A stretch of 64,000 nucleotides of DNA from Eledone cirrhosa (taxonomy: Eukaryota): the NCBI GenBank assembly GCA_964016885.1, contig OZ024742.1, forward strand, positions 308,388,001 through 308,452,000, given 5' to 3'. A program made the translations under genes and the position numbers. The notes beneath the pieces are model-generated. The model made no database searches. It had not been told where the DNA came from and saw only the letters and a list, made by a program, of their open reading frames with translations. Positions 24,840 to 38,485 of the stretch are shown here, in pieces. The first letter of the stretch is position 1. Each line of letters opens with the position of its first letter.

Positions 24840-25115
24840 CACGCTTGCAGCGTTACCTGGGGTTATGGCGAGGCTGAGGTGTTCCAATATGCACACTACA
24901 TATACTGATGTCTGTGTTTCAATGGTATTTAGTTGTTAAACAAATCAAACATAATGTTTCCATTGCTGATATTATCTACCGGTCACAATTCTTGGCAGAA
25001 GAAGTAACGTGAAATAAAATGTCTTGCTGAAGAACACAATGCATAACACGGTCCAAGAATTGACCTTGTGACCTTGCGATTGCGAACCCAACTCTCTAAC
25101 CACTATGCCACGCCC
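24840..25115 (-). mobile_element. tRNA-derived SINE, family 2
   Basis: Head gggcgtggcatagtggttag followed by gtgttcttcagcaagacattt. Confidence 0.6.
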
Positions 25116-26226
25116 ATTGCTACAGAGCTGCAAATACATTCATTCCCAAATACATTCATTTACGTGTACAGAATTATCAAAACCCTCCTATGTAGTCTAA
25201 TTCGAAAGCAATCAACAATCTGCTCAGTTTTATAGAATTTTCAAAACTTCAAAATTAATAAAATATGTCATCCATCCTAAGATATGATGTATACTTTATT
25301 TCAATAACCAATGCATATGAAGTAATATTTCAATGTGAAACCTAAAGCAGGGTGCAAGGCTATATTTTATTCCACTCTATGCCTCTTATCTCCTTTATAA
25401 CTTCCGAACAAATAAATGAAATATATCAGACTCTGCAACTTTTGTAAATTATTTGTCATCGATGGAGTCTAAACACGTGTCTAAACACGTGTCTAAACTA
25501 CAAATAAAATTGAATGCAGTCGTCAAAACGTAGGTGCTTCTATCCACTTTTTCGATTTCCAGGGGAACTTTTCCTGATTTATCTACTATTTCATTTTGTG
25601 AACGAGTATTATTATCGTCATTTGCATTGAGACGACTACATTTCACATTCAAACCTTTCTCAATGCTTCTTCAGTCGACCGGTGTTTTACACGACTAGCT
25701 AAAAATTAAATTGTTATTCTCTGGATGGACATATGTTAATAAATATTATTATATCTTTTCAATACTTTCACGGTAGGATAAAATATACATACACTTGATA
25801 CAATTATGCATTAATTTCATATTAGCATAGCCTATTAACAGTTCTTATGTATAAACTTATTCTTGTACAATTCTTTGCGTCATGAATTAAAGATAGAGTG
25901 TTTCTTTATCTTTATAAACCAGGACATTATCATTATTTCCGGTAACATGAAAATTAATAAAAATGTAAATTAGTAATAAATAAAATGAAAGCGTGCTACA
26001 GACTAAAGGATGTTACGATATTATTAATCATCGATGAATTTTATTATTCTTAATGTTCTTTCACAAAACCACATATTGGACTTCATCAAAGACGTAGATT
26101 AGCAGAATATTTGAAATATAATAAAAAGTTGTGTGTTTGCGTGTGTTATACTCCAGCTTATTTCTACTTTATTTTTCCCGGACCGCTAAGTTAGTCAAAT
26201 GAAATCGAATTAAAATAACACCAAGG

Positions 26227-26510
26227 CAGACCTGCCAACCTCTAATAACCCAAACGGAGAGTACCATGAAAAAAAGTGCCCCAAAACGGGAAGAAATTAA
26301 TAATTAGTTTCACCCAGAAAACATTATGATACATGCCATTATTTATATACTGAGATGAGTTTTATAAGAAGCATATCTTTTCCTACACGTCAAAAGCCTT
26401 TCCAATTTTGGTAAATGATAAAGAACCTTTTAACAGACCTGCCAACCTCTAAAAACCCGTACCATCAAAAGAAGTGCCCCAAAACTGGGAGAAATATGGC
26501 AACATGGGGA
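26227..26510 (+). mobile_element. hAT-type MITE-like repeat, partly duplicated
   Basis: cagacctgccaacctc at 26227 and 26434; end tggcaacatg; internal segment repeated at ~27348-27483. Confidence 0.5.
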
Positions 26511-26949
26511 GATTTTACATAATGAAAACTATACTCATTTTCACAAGAGAAGACACGAGAGAAGATATAAACCGAACTGTGTAGGTGCAACAAAAGGGGT
26601 CTTAGTAGAAGTAGCACATACGTGTGTTTTACAGTGTTAATAACACGGCAACGTACAGAGGGCCCGGATTTGCGCGTAATGGAAGCATGAAGCGTCAACA
26701 GGGAGCCGACAAAAATGTTAAGGTCCTCCTCATTTCCTCAATCTCTCGAAAATGGTCCTGTTTAAAAGTAAGTGTTGTGTCATCTGTTAAATAAACCAAT
26801 TTTTTTACGAAATATTATACGCTAGTTACGATGTTCAAGTAGCGTTTATATTGAAAATGAAAATGGCATGTAACGCCCAATGCTAATTCGTAAATTTCCT
26901 AGAAACCATTAATGGAATCGGAAATTTCTTTCGTCCACAGCAATGCGAG

Positions 26950-27219
26950 GGGACTAACTAATGTGTGTTACAAATTTCGAGAAAATCGGCTGGATTATCT
27001 TTAAGTTACGCCTCAAAAACGTCTAAAAATGCTTTAAAATGCGGTTTTTCGCATAATACAGGCCCTAAGGTTAAAAAAGTTAAACTATTTTTTAGCCCAT
27101 TGCACTTCAAGAAATATAAGTAACGCATGTGTAAAGTTTGATAAAATCGGTCTGGTACTTCTCGAGTTTTAGGGATTTACACAGACAGACCAACATCCTC
27201 TGTTTTATATATATAGAGA
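26950..27219 (-). mobile_element. Non-autonomous Helitron-like family B, 5' part
   Basis: Minus strand TCTCTATATATATAAAA..gtctgtctgt..aaaactcgagaa..accgatt; matches sequence from 58361. Confidence 0.6.
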
Positions 27220-27894
27220 TTACTCAGTGATAGTAACGTCTCCAATCCGGAATTAAAATCGAGACGTTCACAAGAGTACGTTTCCGATTCTAGAATGTGT
27301 TGTAATGATAGTTACGTGAAAACTACATAAAACTAGTTACGAACAATTAAGTTTACCCAGAAAACATTATTATGTTGCATGTCATTCTTTATGTACCGAG
27401 ATGAGTTTTATAAAGAGAAACTCTTTTTTTCCAACACGTGAAAAGACATTTCCAATTTTGGTAAATAAAAAAGAACCGTTTAGAGTTAAAATGTCTACGC
27501 CCACGAAGCACCGCTTTCCTCACTTCGATCAAGAACATGCCCCTCGAGGTGGAATGACTCTTTTCTCATATCTGCCCCATCATCCGCCCAGAGAAAGGTA
27601 TTCGCCATTTAGTCAGCCAAGATCAAAAACAATTTGCACGGCACAATGTTTACTAAACATGTCTGACATAGAATATCTCAATTTGATCAAGTAAAATAAT
27701 CTTTCAGTGGATAAAATATCTAGAGTTGTCATGAAATCTAGCATATTCCATTAATAGGTTCGAGTAAAACAAAATTATGTACTGCTTTAAGTTACCAATT
27801 ATGTAAAAGAAATTAACACGACATAGCAGTTTAAAGCAACATCTTCAAGAAATGAAACAATGCATTTCATTTAATTTCATCTTTGATATAATTG

Positions 27895-28012
27895 AAAGCG
27901 GTGAATTCGCAGCGTATTTGTTCCGGCTCACAGTGCTCTATATTCAAATCCCACCCAAGTCAACTAGGCTTTCATCCTTTCACGGTCGATAAATAAAGTA
28001 CCAGTCAATTAT
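27895..28012 (+). mobile_element. Degenerate SINE, family 1
   Basis: B box and core visible. Confidence 0.7.
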
Positions 28013-28867
28013 CTCTCACTCTGGGTACAGTTGGCTGTTTCCCGAACTGGATAGGTATAGTCCCCCCCAGGTTTAAGATGCCTACACACGTCATATACCA
28101 TTATGGCGCCTAACAATTACACCAGGAAGCACGAACATTTTTCTCCTTTCATGATATCCTTTGGAAGTGATAAATTAGGTCATTACATCGACTTAAAGAT
28201 GCAAAAGGTTATTCGGCATCACAAAAATAAATATGAAATTTTCATAATTTTAAAAATCATTTCAATTGATCTGACATCAAACCAGATTTAAATCAATTTT
28301 GTGTTCTTTACTCAGGAATATATATCTATTGTTGTCTGACATCGGCCAAATCAAAAATATTATTTACGGTGTAGTCAGATAGGAGGGGAAAACAAGACAC
28401 ATGCCCTTTTCTTTTTTTGATTATTTTAACGAATTCCGAGGGGAAGATTTTCTAAAGCTCGACACAAAATCCGAATATGCTCAACAGATAAACTCCGCTA
28501 AAAGCACCAAAGACCAGGTGTGATGTGAAAACATGCTTTGAATATTACCGAAGATCAGAAGATAAATAGTTGGGAGAAATATTGCAAGACATCTCAATTG
28601 AAATTCTCTCAATTCCGTCAATCTTATACGCTATTATAGAATACGAACCAATGAAAGGCGAAGTTGACAGCAGGATTTCAAGTCAGAGTGCGAAGAACCA
28701 GGACAAATATCGCAAGACGATTTTTACTACACTCGAGAGAATCCACCACTACAGTTTCATGTTAAATCTTTTCAGTGCTTTATTTTATTTTATTTAGTAT
28801 TCACACTCAAATAATGTTTGTTTTGTAGTATATTTTTCTATAATATATCGGTATAGTAACTTACTAG

Positions 28868-29100
28868 GGTAGGGGATTGGGAGTATCGGTAGAGTGTCGG
28901 ATAACATGCTTCGCGGCACCGAGTTACGTCCCTTTACGGTCTGAGTTCAAATCCCGCCGAGGTTAGCTTTGCGTTTCTTCCTTGCGGGGTCGATAAAATA
29001 AAACACTAATTACGCACTGTGGTCGATTGTATCGACTTTCCCCCTCCCAACCCCATCCTCCAAATTGATGGCCTTGTGCCTAAATCAGAAACTATCATAT
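28868..29100 (+). mobile_element. SINE, family 1 (long variant)
   Basis: A and B boxes, core and tail. Confidence 0.85.
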
Positions 29101-29704
29101 TGACTTACTAAAATGACTGAAGATGTTGTTCAAAGTTCTCGTCCCAGGGTAGGGATCTGAAACTGTATGTAAATGAAAGACTTATCAGTTTTACAGTAGT
29201 TCAAATATGCTCGCATATCAACCCTATATACGAAACGACGTTGACAAACGAGAATTAACTTTTTTCTCGATTTCATCAGTAAAATACCACGAAGTACCCA
29301 GACTTGATATTAAGTTCATATGGTGTGACTCAATAAGTTATGGATTGTTTAATGTTTGTCTAAGATTGTTTATAACTACATTATTGTGATGTGATTAACG
29401 CATTACTGCAACATTTCTAAAGGCTGTAATTCAATTTTTAATGTTAAGATTGCATCTATGACGAAGAATATATGCCCATTTATTACAGAGAAAGGAAATT
29501 TGTGATTAATAATTTGACTAGTGATTTTGTTTAGGATCATTAAACATTCAGCAACCTATATTATCTCACGCATCGCTTATTTATGTACATACACTAAAGG
29601 ATTAATTGCTTCTTGTATTGTTTCATACTGACAAAGATTAATATTCAAATTACAATTAATAGATTTGCAGTAACACAAAATATTACGAATACAATATAAA
29701 ACGA

Positions 29705-29724
29705 ACACACACGCGCACGCACGT

Positions 29725-29812
<88 letters not shown>

Positions 29813-29828
29813 ACACACACGCACGCAT

Positions 29829-29876
<48 letters not shown>
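29705..29876 (+). repeat. (CA)n/(TA)n microsatellite
   Basis: Direct reading. Confidence 0.95.
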
Positions 29877-29877
29877 C

Positions 29878-30006
29878 AAATTTAATATAGAAATGGCTTC
29901 TACACGACTAGAAATGTTTCATTCGAAGGAAATCATCAGGAACGCTTGAAATGCCATTCGAATAAAACAGTTATAGCCCTGTAGAAATCATTTCTATATT
30001 AAATTT
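29878..30006. repeat. Imperfect palindrome with a decayed hammerhead-like core
   Basis: aaatttaatatagaaatg../..catttctatattaaattt arms; minus strand ctgatga-tttccttcgaat-gaaa. Confidence 0.6.
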
Positions 30007-30402
30007 ATTGTAAACGCTCTGCTAACTCCTTATTTTATTTATAAACCATATTTTATATAAAAAGTAGTAACCGCATGGATTCACTGATTTTACTTTAAAC
30101 GAATTGCAAATATGATAAACATGAACAAACTTTCTTTATTAGATTCACAAGCTGATATTTTAAAGTACCATTATTTAGATGTTTCATTGCTCGTGGCTTT
30201 AAATGTTTTCTAGAATGAAACTATCAGAATATCGGAAACTCTATAGAATATAGGAGATAAATATAGGATATGTCAGAAAAATATCTAACGAAAAAAACGA
30301 ACATATTTCTACAACATCTAAGATTATATCAACATATTGGAACTGGAGAACCTAGGTTACTTACAGGATTCATAACATGATTAACGGTTAAGATTGCAAT
30401 AA

Positions 30403-30571
30403 CCGTATTTACCGGCGCCGAAGACGCTTCGTCCACGAGGACGCACCCGAATTTTGACAATCGAAAATTTGAAAAAAAAATAATAAACAACCTTCGGCCT
30501 CCAGGACGCATGGTAGATTTTTGAGACTTATTTTAGGAAACAAGTAGTGTCTTCGACGCCGGGAGATACTG
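30403..30571. mobile_element. pogo/Tigger-like MITE
   Basis: ~25-bp TIRs ccgtatttaccggcgccgaagacgc / gtgtcttcgacgccgggagatactg followed by TA. Confidence 0.75.
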
Positions 30572-30586
30572 TATAAGATATATAAT

Positions 30587-30634
30587 TGTTTCTATGTTAG
30601 GCACAAGGCCAGCAATTACCCAGTGCATTACTGG
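30587..30634 (-). mobile_element. Extremely 5'-truncated SINE family 1 with a 15-bp TSD
   Basis: tataagatatataat duplicated at 30572-30586 and 30635-30649. Confidence 0.85.
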
Positions 30635-31479
30635 TATAAGATATATAATAGTCATGTGTCACATCATTATTGATATACTGCATTAGACTAGTACTGTATG
30701 TAACAATATACGCAGGCTTTCATTTCATAACTTGGTATATTTCAATTAAAACTGTTCAACTTAAATATCTTACGCAAAACGTCTGCCTACTTAAAGAACA
30801 AATGCTCTCAGCTCTTGTTGTCAGTGAATCATCAATTACTTTCAAGTAATCACCGTAGTTTATATCTGTTTCCAATATCCAGTAAGCGTGATATTTGAAA
30901 GTCTTCAACTTAGTCTCTTTAACTTGACGCCCTAACCTTAGTCTAGACAATTAATATTGTAAGTACGATATGAGAGATTCCCTTCAGACATGAAGAATCA
31001 TTCATTTGAAGTGTGTCATAATATGGTTTTGTATTCATGAGGAAATCACTGTTACTTTTTATTTGTTTTCTTTCGTGTCTTTTCTGCTTCTGAAGTCGCA
31101 AATATGGCTTGAAGCCACTTAGTGTAAGAGTTTATGAAGAGGGAGAAATTAAAACGAAAGGGATAAATTTACTTTAGAAATGAAGGAGTTCAGGACTGAA
31201 AAATTAGGAAAACAATGAGATGGAAGAGCTAAGCGAGATGGCACAAAGTGATCTGTAACGAAAAGACAAAGCTTAACAGAGCACACCCTTTTAATTAGTT
31301 ATACATTGAGAGATATTTCGAATGCCTGTGGTCTAAATAAATATGTATGTTAATCTTATCCAAACAGTCAACTGCTATTAGCATCCTATATCAGTAAAAT
31401 AGTCGTTAGGAAAATAAGAAGTTGCGTATATGTCAGGTTATCAAGATCAATTTAAAGGCATTATATAACCCCAAGCTCC

Positions 31480-31770
31480 TCTTCTTCTTCTTCTTCTTCT
31501 TCTTCTTCTGCTTGCCCACTTAGTCCTGAGAGGGTCCTGGAGGAGGCAGAGTCCTCAAGCACTCCCTCCAGCGGGTCCTGTCAGAAGCAACCGTCTCCAG
31601 CTGATCTGGTTGGATCCCCAAGCGTGATCAGCCAAGCCCATGGATGTTATCCAACCATCTTGCTCGCGGTCTACCCCTGCGCTTCCTACCTGTTGGTTTA
31701 ACTCCAAGCTCACAATTTGAATATATATTGGGTTGATCGGCAGACGTTTGGATATCTCTCTCATCTTGGG
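31480..31770 (-). mobile_element. RTE-clade LINE 3' end with a (GAA)n tail
   Basis: Minus-strand translation KPTGRKRRGRPRARWLDNI...ASDRTRWR followed by (GAA)n. Confidence 0.75.
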
Positions 31771-32659
31771 TATTTTGTTATGGAGTTGGTATGGAATAAA
31801 CAATTTCTAGCATCATCGAAAGAATCATTAATTAAAATTCAGTGAAGATTTTGTTACTGCTAATATAAAACAAGAGTCATTTCAATGACTTCAATTTATT
31901 GTCATGTTATTAAAGAATCATTGAAAAGTGTGAATTATATTATATTACAGAGAAGGAAATATGATGACGATCAATGCATGTTAATTAAACAACTATTAAA
32001 TTAACTACATATTATTGATGTGAAGGTTTGATGGGGTGTTAATATTATTCTAACAGTACTAAAACATTAATAGCTAGTTATTGCAGTTACAGATGTGCAA
32101 TGATGTTTGAAAATATAGCTGCACTTTGAAAACTCGTCCTACGCATCCAAGTGAAATTTTAACACACAAATATAATAAACTGTGTAAGATCCACATGGCT
32201 GAGGGTATTGTGGGTCGCTCTGTAAACAGAGAAAGTTTTACGAAACCCAGGAGTTGAATAGCAAAATTATTTTGAATGTTCCTCGTTCTCTGTTGCATTA
32301 TATTTCTGCCAAAAAAGCAAAACATTGGAATACAATAGATTAGAATCACGACTTGTAAACAGTATCAGCTTAAAAAGATTGATATCTCTTATCTTCTTCA
32401 CTAAGAAATCACTATTAATGTATTGTGTAGTCTACTCACATGTAGATGTGCATATTTTCTGACTCCATTTCTTTTTATGTTATTTATGAATGACAATGCA
32501 TGCAAGTATGTACCCATAACACCTAGAGGGGCCGTAGGAGGCACCGTTTAGATACGGCATATTTTACACATTTTAAACATGGCAGAACCCATCCCTTCTC
32601 CGACTCTGAACAGAAGGAGAGTGATAGAGAGGAAAGGAGCAAGAGATATAGAGGAGTTA

Positions 32660-32805
32660 ATTGACCCAAAAAGGAATTAGTACTTCTTATATTTATCTCG
32701 AAAAGACGAAAGGCAAAGGTTACGTCAACAGGATTTGAACACAGAGCGCAAATACCCGGAACGAATACTATCTGACGCTCAAATGATTCTGCTAATTCTC
32801 CGCCT
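32660..32805 (-). mobile_element. Degenerate SINE, family 1
   Basis: gaaaggcaaaggtt..ggatttgaac. Confidence 0.65.
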
Positions 32806-33831
32806 TTATAAATAATATAACTACGTCTAAAATTGCCTGATAAAGGCTTGATTTTAAGGATTAATTTGTTGTAGTACACAACTGCAAAATATTCAACTAT
32901 TAGCACCATGTAGCATCAGAACTCTATAATGTTGATCTTTATATTCTTTATATTCTTTATATTCTAAACACATGAACGTATGAATGAAACATGACTACAG
33001 TTTGAACCCATACCTACCGACCGACCTATCGATAACTAATGATATACGGAGCTTCAATTCCTGGTTAATCACCCACGTTGAATCTCAGACAAAAAAATGT
33101 GAAATCTTCATAAGATATAATTAGTGTAACTCATCACATTGCCGGTTTTATAAAATTATAAAACTATATTTGTCATGAAAGAAACAGTTTTATTATCATT
33201 AAGTTATATACGAAGGATTCTTGAATAACATGATATGTTAGACACCTGCGCGCAAATTACATCAAGGCTACCTGTTATATGAATGTGATTTGTTGAATAG
33301 TTAACGAAGTGTAAATGGATCTATTCATATGCCTGCTGCCAATTCTCAAATGTGGTGATCAAGTTCACAGCATTCATTCCCTCCGAATATTCAGAGTCTA
33401 CAAAGACACTTATTTTCTCTATGTATGAATAAAATGCTTGATTGAAAGCAATACAAGCCAGGAAAGTTATACAAGATATCTGCAACAGAAATACTATTTA
33501 CTAACGTATGAAAGCAACCTATATTTAATTATCTCTGCTCTTTAATAAAATTGAGGAGAAAATTCGCAAGAAAGAAAAGTTGGTGTGATGAGTGAACATT
33601 TTAAATAGGTTGGAACTGTAAGCTTTTTACACTATCTCGACCTGCGTGTATGTAGCTGTCCAGATTATAGGGATTCCGGCAAAAGAGGAAATTCAACGTA
33701 GCGATAATTTAAAGGTTTCGCTTTCAATAAACAACGGAACGATGTTCTTTTATCAAATTATTCTTGTACTGGTTTCAAATATTAGTGATCGCTCATGTTA
33801 GGTGCTTGGAACTGGTTTTACGGGATCAGGT

Positions 33832-34407
<576 letters not shown>

Positions 34408-34573
34408 GCTGGACGTGGAAAGAATGAATAAATAGGTAGATAAATACAGACAAGTAATCATATGATTCAGTTAACATCTTTCAATTCTAGCTGTTCAGTT
34501 GCGTGGGAACGTACTCCATGATATATTGTAGCGTTGAACTAAAAGCACTCATCGACCTCCTAGAGCACTCACA

Positions 34574-34623
<50 letters not shown>

Positions 34624-34686
34624 AATATGTTCAAGACCCCGACGGCAGAGCTTACGCCATTTCGACGGCTATTTCTGGAATAGAAG

Positions 34687-34710
34687 TAGATAGATAGATA
34701 GATAGATATA
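34687..34710 (+). repeat. (GATA)n at the 3' junction of Tx1 copy 2
   Basis: Direct reading. Confidence 0.9.
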
Positions 34711-37700
34711 TTTCTTTTATTTGCCACTAGGGCATCAAAAGTGGGACAAGTACAAAGGGGGGAGTTTACACAAAAAGGCGTCCTCAATAAGGAGGAGGCA
34801 ATAACAAAATATAAAAATAAAATAAGATATAACAAAAAATAACATTTTTAACAAAATCCTCAATAGAGAGGAGGCGCCTTGGGGGGTCGCACACACCCCC
34901 GAAAAAAGTGTGCAACCCTTCTCCTCAGGAGCACAGAGAAGGGGTGCTCCCTTGGTCTTTCATCTTCCTCACCTATAGTCTGATGTAGAGTGAAGGCCCA
35001 TTCACACGGGCCATTCTCGCCACTTTCACCCATCTTTCATAGAAACGGCTGGGGTGCAGCACCTCTCTCTCCATCCTGATCCTTCTTCCGAAATGATATC
35101 GGAAGAAACGGACCAGTTGTTGGCCAGAGAGAAAGGTGCCCGACCTCAGTCCTTTCAGACGCGTCCACCATACAACCTCTTTCGCCATGGCTATTACGCA
35201 CAGAAACACCGCCTCTGCTTCATCTTTGAAGGGGGAGGCGGCTTGATCATTACAATAGACTCGGTGGTCAACCGGATCGGTCCCACCCTTGACAGCAGTT
35301 GTTCGACATAGCCCCACAGATCGGCTACGCCCGAGCAGTGTACTAATGCGTGTGCAACGGTTTCCTCGTCGCACACGCATCTGGGACAGATCTTTTTGGC
35401 GGGGTCCCTACCCGGGCGCCCGTGTCTGTAGAGCCTTTCTCGAACGGGTAAAGCCCCTCGGTAGCACTGCCAGGCCAGGGACTTCTGGAAGTTGTCCATA
35501 GGTCCCGGGCTGAATGTCCTACCGAAAAGGCTGGCCAGTTCGTCCTCCTCCATGTCTAGGGCTTCTCCGAGGGCGTCGTCGCACCTGCTGCGTACCAGCC
35601 CTCTATAGAATGTTGCGGTGGAGTCTCCACTGATAACCGGATCCGCCTGCCAGAGGGCGGTGAGCGCCTGGGCACACTCAGTGTGCCAGGCGCCCAGTTT
35701 TCTCGGTCTTTGCTTGACCCAGGATTGCAGCTCGGTGAGTGAGACGAGTCTGGGAAAGGTTCGTCTCACAAACGAGGCCCACACCGGTTGTCCGGTGAGG
35801 AATACGTAGAGGTGCCGTAGCCTTAATGCGTGTTTACGCATCATTAGCCACGGCATCCCCAGCCCTCCTTTCGAAGGGTGTTGACAGCAGATGGATCTCC
35901 TCACCATAGGAGCCCGCCTCTTCCAAAGGAATTGGAAGAGCGCGCGCTCCATCTTGGTGAGGGTTTCCCTTGGGCAGGGCACTACGGTCAGGCGGTAGTA
36001 GATGACGGACGCTATGTAGGTGTTCGCCACCTCCGCCCGACCTTTCAGGGATAGTTTGCAACTGGCCCACTTCTGGGTCAGTGCAAACACTCTGTTCGTA
36101 ACCTCCGCCCAGTTTTTCTCCACCTGGAGGTCCGGTCCGAACCAGACCCCGAGCAACTTCACCGGGCCCTCCGTCCAGCGTCCGACGACGCTATCGGAGG
36201 GCATCGGTCTGCCCCTCCACGTGCCGAGTTGCAAACCGATCGACTTGTCCCGGTTCAGCTTAGCCCCTGTGAACTTTTCGTACTCCTCCAGTAAGGTGCC
36301 GACCGCCTCGATTTCGGAGGCCGTCGACACCATTACTGTCACGTCATCGGCGTAGGCCGACACCGCTTTCCGCAATCCCGGTTCCAAAGGGATGCCCTGC
36401 AACAACTCCAACTTCCGCAGTAGTGGCTCGAGAGTCAATACATACAGAAGGGAGGAGAGAGGGCACCCTTGTCGGATGGACCGCGCGATTTTGAACGGCT
36501 CCGAGAGGTAGCCGTTCACCTTGACCCTAGAGCAGATGCGGCTGCTGTGCATAGCAGTGATCCAGCCCCTGAAAACGGCTCCGAAGCCTGCCGCCGCTAG
36601 CACCGCATCCAGGTAACCATGGTCGACCCTATCGAACGCCTTAGATTGATCCAAGTTGATCAGAGCCCCACCAAAGCCGGGTTCGTTCCCAACCCTCTCT
36701 ATGATGTATCGCATGAGGTGGAGGTTGTCATGGATGGACCTGGACGGGATAGCGCATGTCTGCGCATCTCCCACCAGGTTGCCCACGACAAGCGCCAACC
36801 TCTTTGCTAGCACCTTGGCCAAAATCTGTAACTCTGTATTTAGCAGTGTTATGGGCCTGAAGTTACTTATTTCGTCCCCCTTGTTCTCGTCCTTCCTCAC
36901 TAGCGTGACTACGCCCTTGGTCACAGTACAGGGAATTCTCCCGTTCTGTTGCCAGTTGCAGTAGACCGCCTCGAGGAGATCGGGGAACAAGTCCGGCATA
37001 GCTAGATATAATTCGTAAGGAAGACCATCGAGACCCGGGGATTTGCGTTTGCCGCATTGGCTCAGCACGTCCTCTATCTCAGCGGCCGAAATCGGCTCCT
37101 CGCAGGACTTCGCCTCCCTGTCCGAGAGGCGCGGCAGGCCGTCGAGGTATGGACCGAAGTCCACGTTCCCAACCGGCTCCCCGCCCCTCCCGAACAGTCG
37201 GGCAAAGTGCCTTTGAAAGGCCTCACACATCTGCTTAGGCTCAAGAATCGCCCGTCCATCCAGGTCTCGCAAAGACCGGATGGTGGATTTAGTTCCACTG
37301 TTGGCCTCTGTCACGCGGGCCCAGCTAACAGCTTTGGTCCCCTCGTTCCCTAGAGCACGTATTTTACTTCGGACAACGCAGCCTTCGTGCTTCGCGTCGA
37401 AAAACTGGCTCAAAGCCGTTCTCGACGCTAGCACTCTGGCCACGTCGCCGCTTCTAATTGCCTCTTCTACTCTATCTATTAGCTCCCTTTCCTTCCTATT
37501 CCTATCCGCAGCTAGAACCTTACTAAATTCTATCGAGACTACTCTAATCTCTCTCTTTAGAGATACCCACCACCTGCTGTTGACGATCGCTCCAGTCAAC
37601 CGTTCCTTAACTAACGTACTAATCCGATTCCTGTAGGCTCTACTTGCCGGCAAGGACAAGTTGAGCTTCCAGTAACCGGGGCCCTGTCTATGAGTTCTGT

Positions 37701-38245
37701 CAAGGTTGACCATGCAGGTCACTAATTTGTGGTCTGAATAGCCAACAATGCGCATTTTTGGACAACTTAAAAAGTCCTTATCCTTAATTCTAACTAAGAA
37801 CCTATCTAGGTACGACCTAGATGATCCGCTACGATTTGCCCAAGTCCAGGTTGGCGCAGTCGGAAAATCTAGTCGATATCTATCGGCCAGGTCAAATCGA
37901 CCGATTAACCCTTTGAGGCTATTACACCCCTCTCTATCGGGGCAGGCCCCTACGTAGTCCCAGCGTGCATCTAGGATACCATTCCAGTCCCCCACTAATA
38001 GCAAGGAGCGGGACGTCCCTAGAAAAGTCTCCAGACGATGGAAGAAGTCCGGCCGCATTGACCCGAAAGGGCCGTAGGCGGCTACCAACCTAAACGCTCC
38101 GCCTTTACCACTGCCAAGGTCCAGAACCACTAGTCGACCCTCCGGGTCCAAATGTACCATCTGTGTTGCGAGACCCAGATGTTTTTGCAGCAGAACGACA
38201 ACTCCACCCCCACCTCCAGGCTGACAGAGAGATGCGTGCATCTCA
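34711..38245 (-). mobile_element. Tx1-clade copy 2, 5'-truncated inside the endonuclease domain
   Basis: Homology begins at EMHASLCQPG (about residue 57 of ORF2); complete 3' UTR with AATAAA. Confidence 0.93.
34973..38245 (-). pseudogene. ORF2 of copy 2; open for about 1000 codons, with one frameshift near 35220
   Basis: ORF 35194-38286 plus 34973-35380; YADD and CPRC..ETVAHALVHC. Confidence 0.9.
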
Positions 38246-38270
38246 ATAGATAGATAGATAGATAGATAGA
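38246..38270 (+). repeat. (GATA)n between Tx1 copies 2 and 3
   Basis: About 6 units read directly. Confidence 0.95.
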
Positions 38271-38485
38271 TTTCTTTATTTACCATAAAGGCATAAAAAG
38301 AAGGGACACATACAAAGGGGGAGTTTACATAAAATCGAGTAAAAAGGGTATAAAATGAAAATAATCGAAAACAACCTCAAAAAGGAGGGAACGTGATGGG
38401 GGTTGCACACACCCCCGAAAAAGTGTGCAATCCTTTGCCCGGGGAGCACATGGAGAAGGTGCTCCTCTCTCCTTCACTTCTTTAC

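Noticed and set aside
24555-25700. Hydrophobic or charged short ORFs as host exons
   Set aside because: No recognisable homology and inconsistent splice phases
38246-38286. N-terminus MVNKEIYLSIYLSI of the 1030-aa ORF
   Set aside because: Chance read-through from copy 3's 3' end and the (TATC)n spacer; not a genuine ORF2 start
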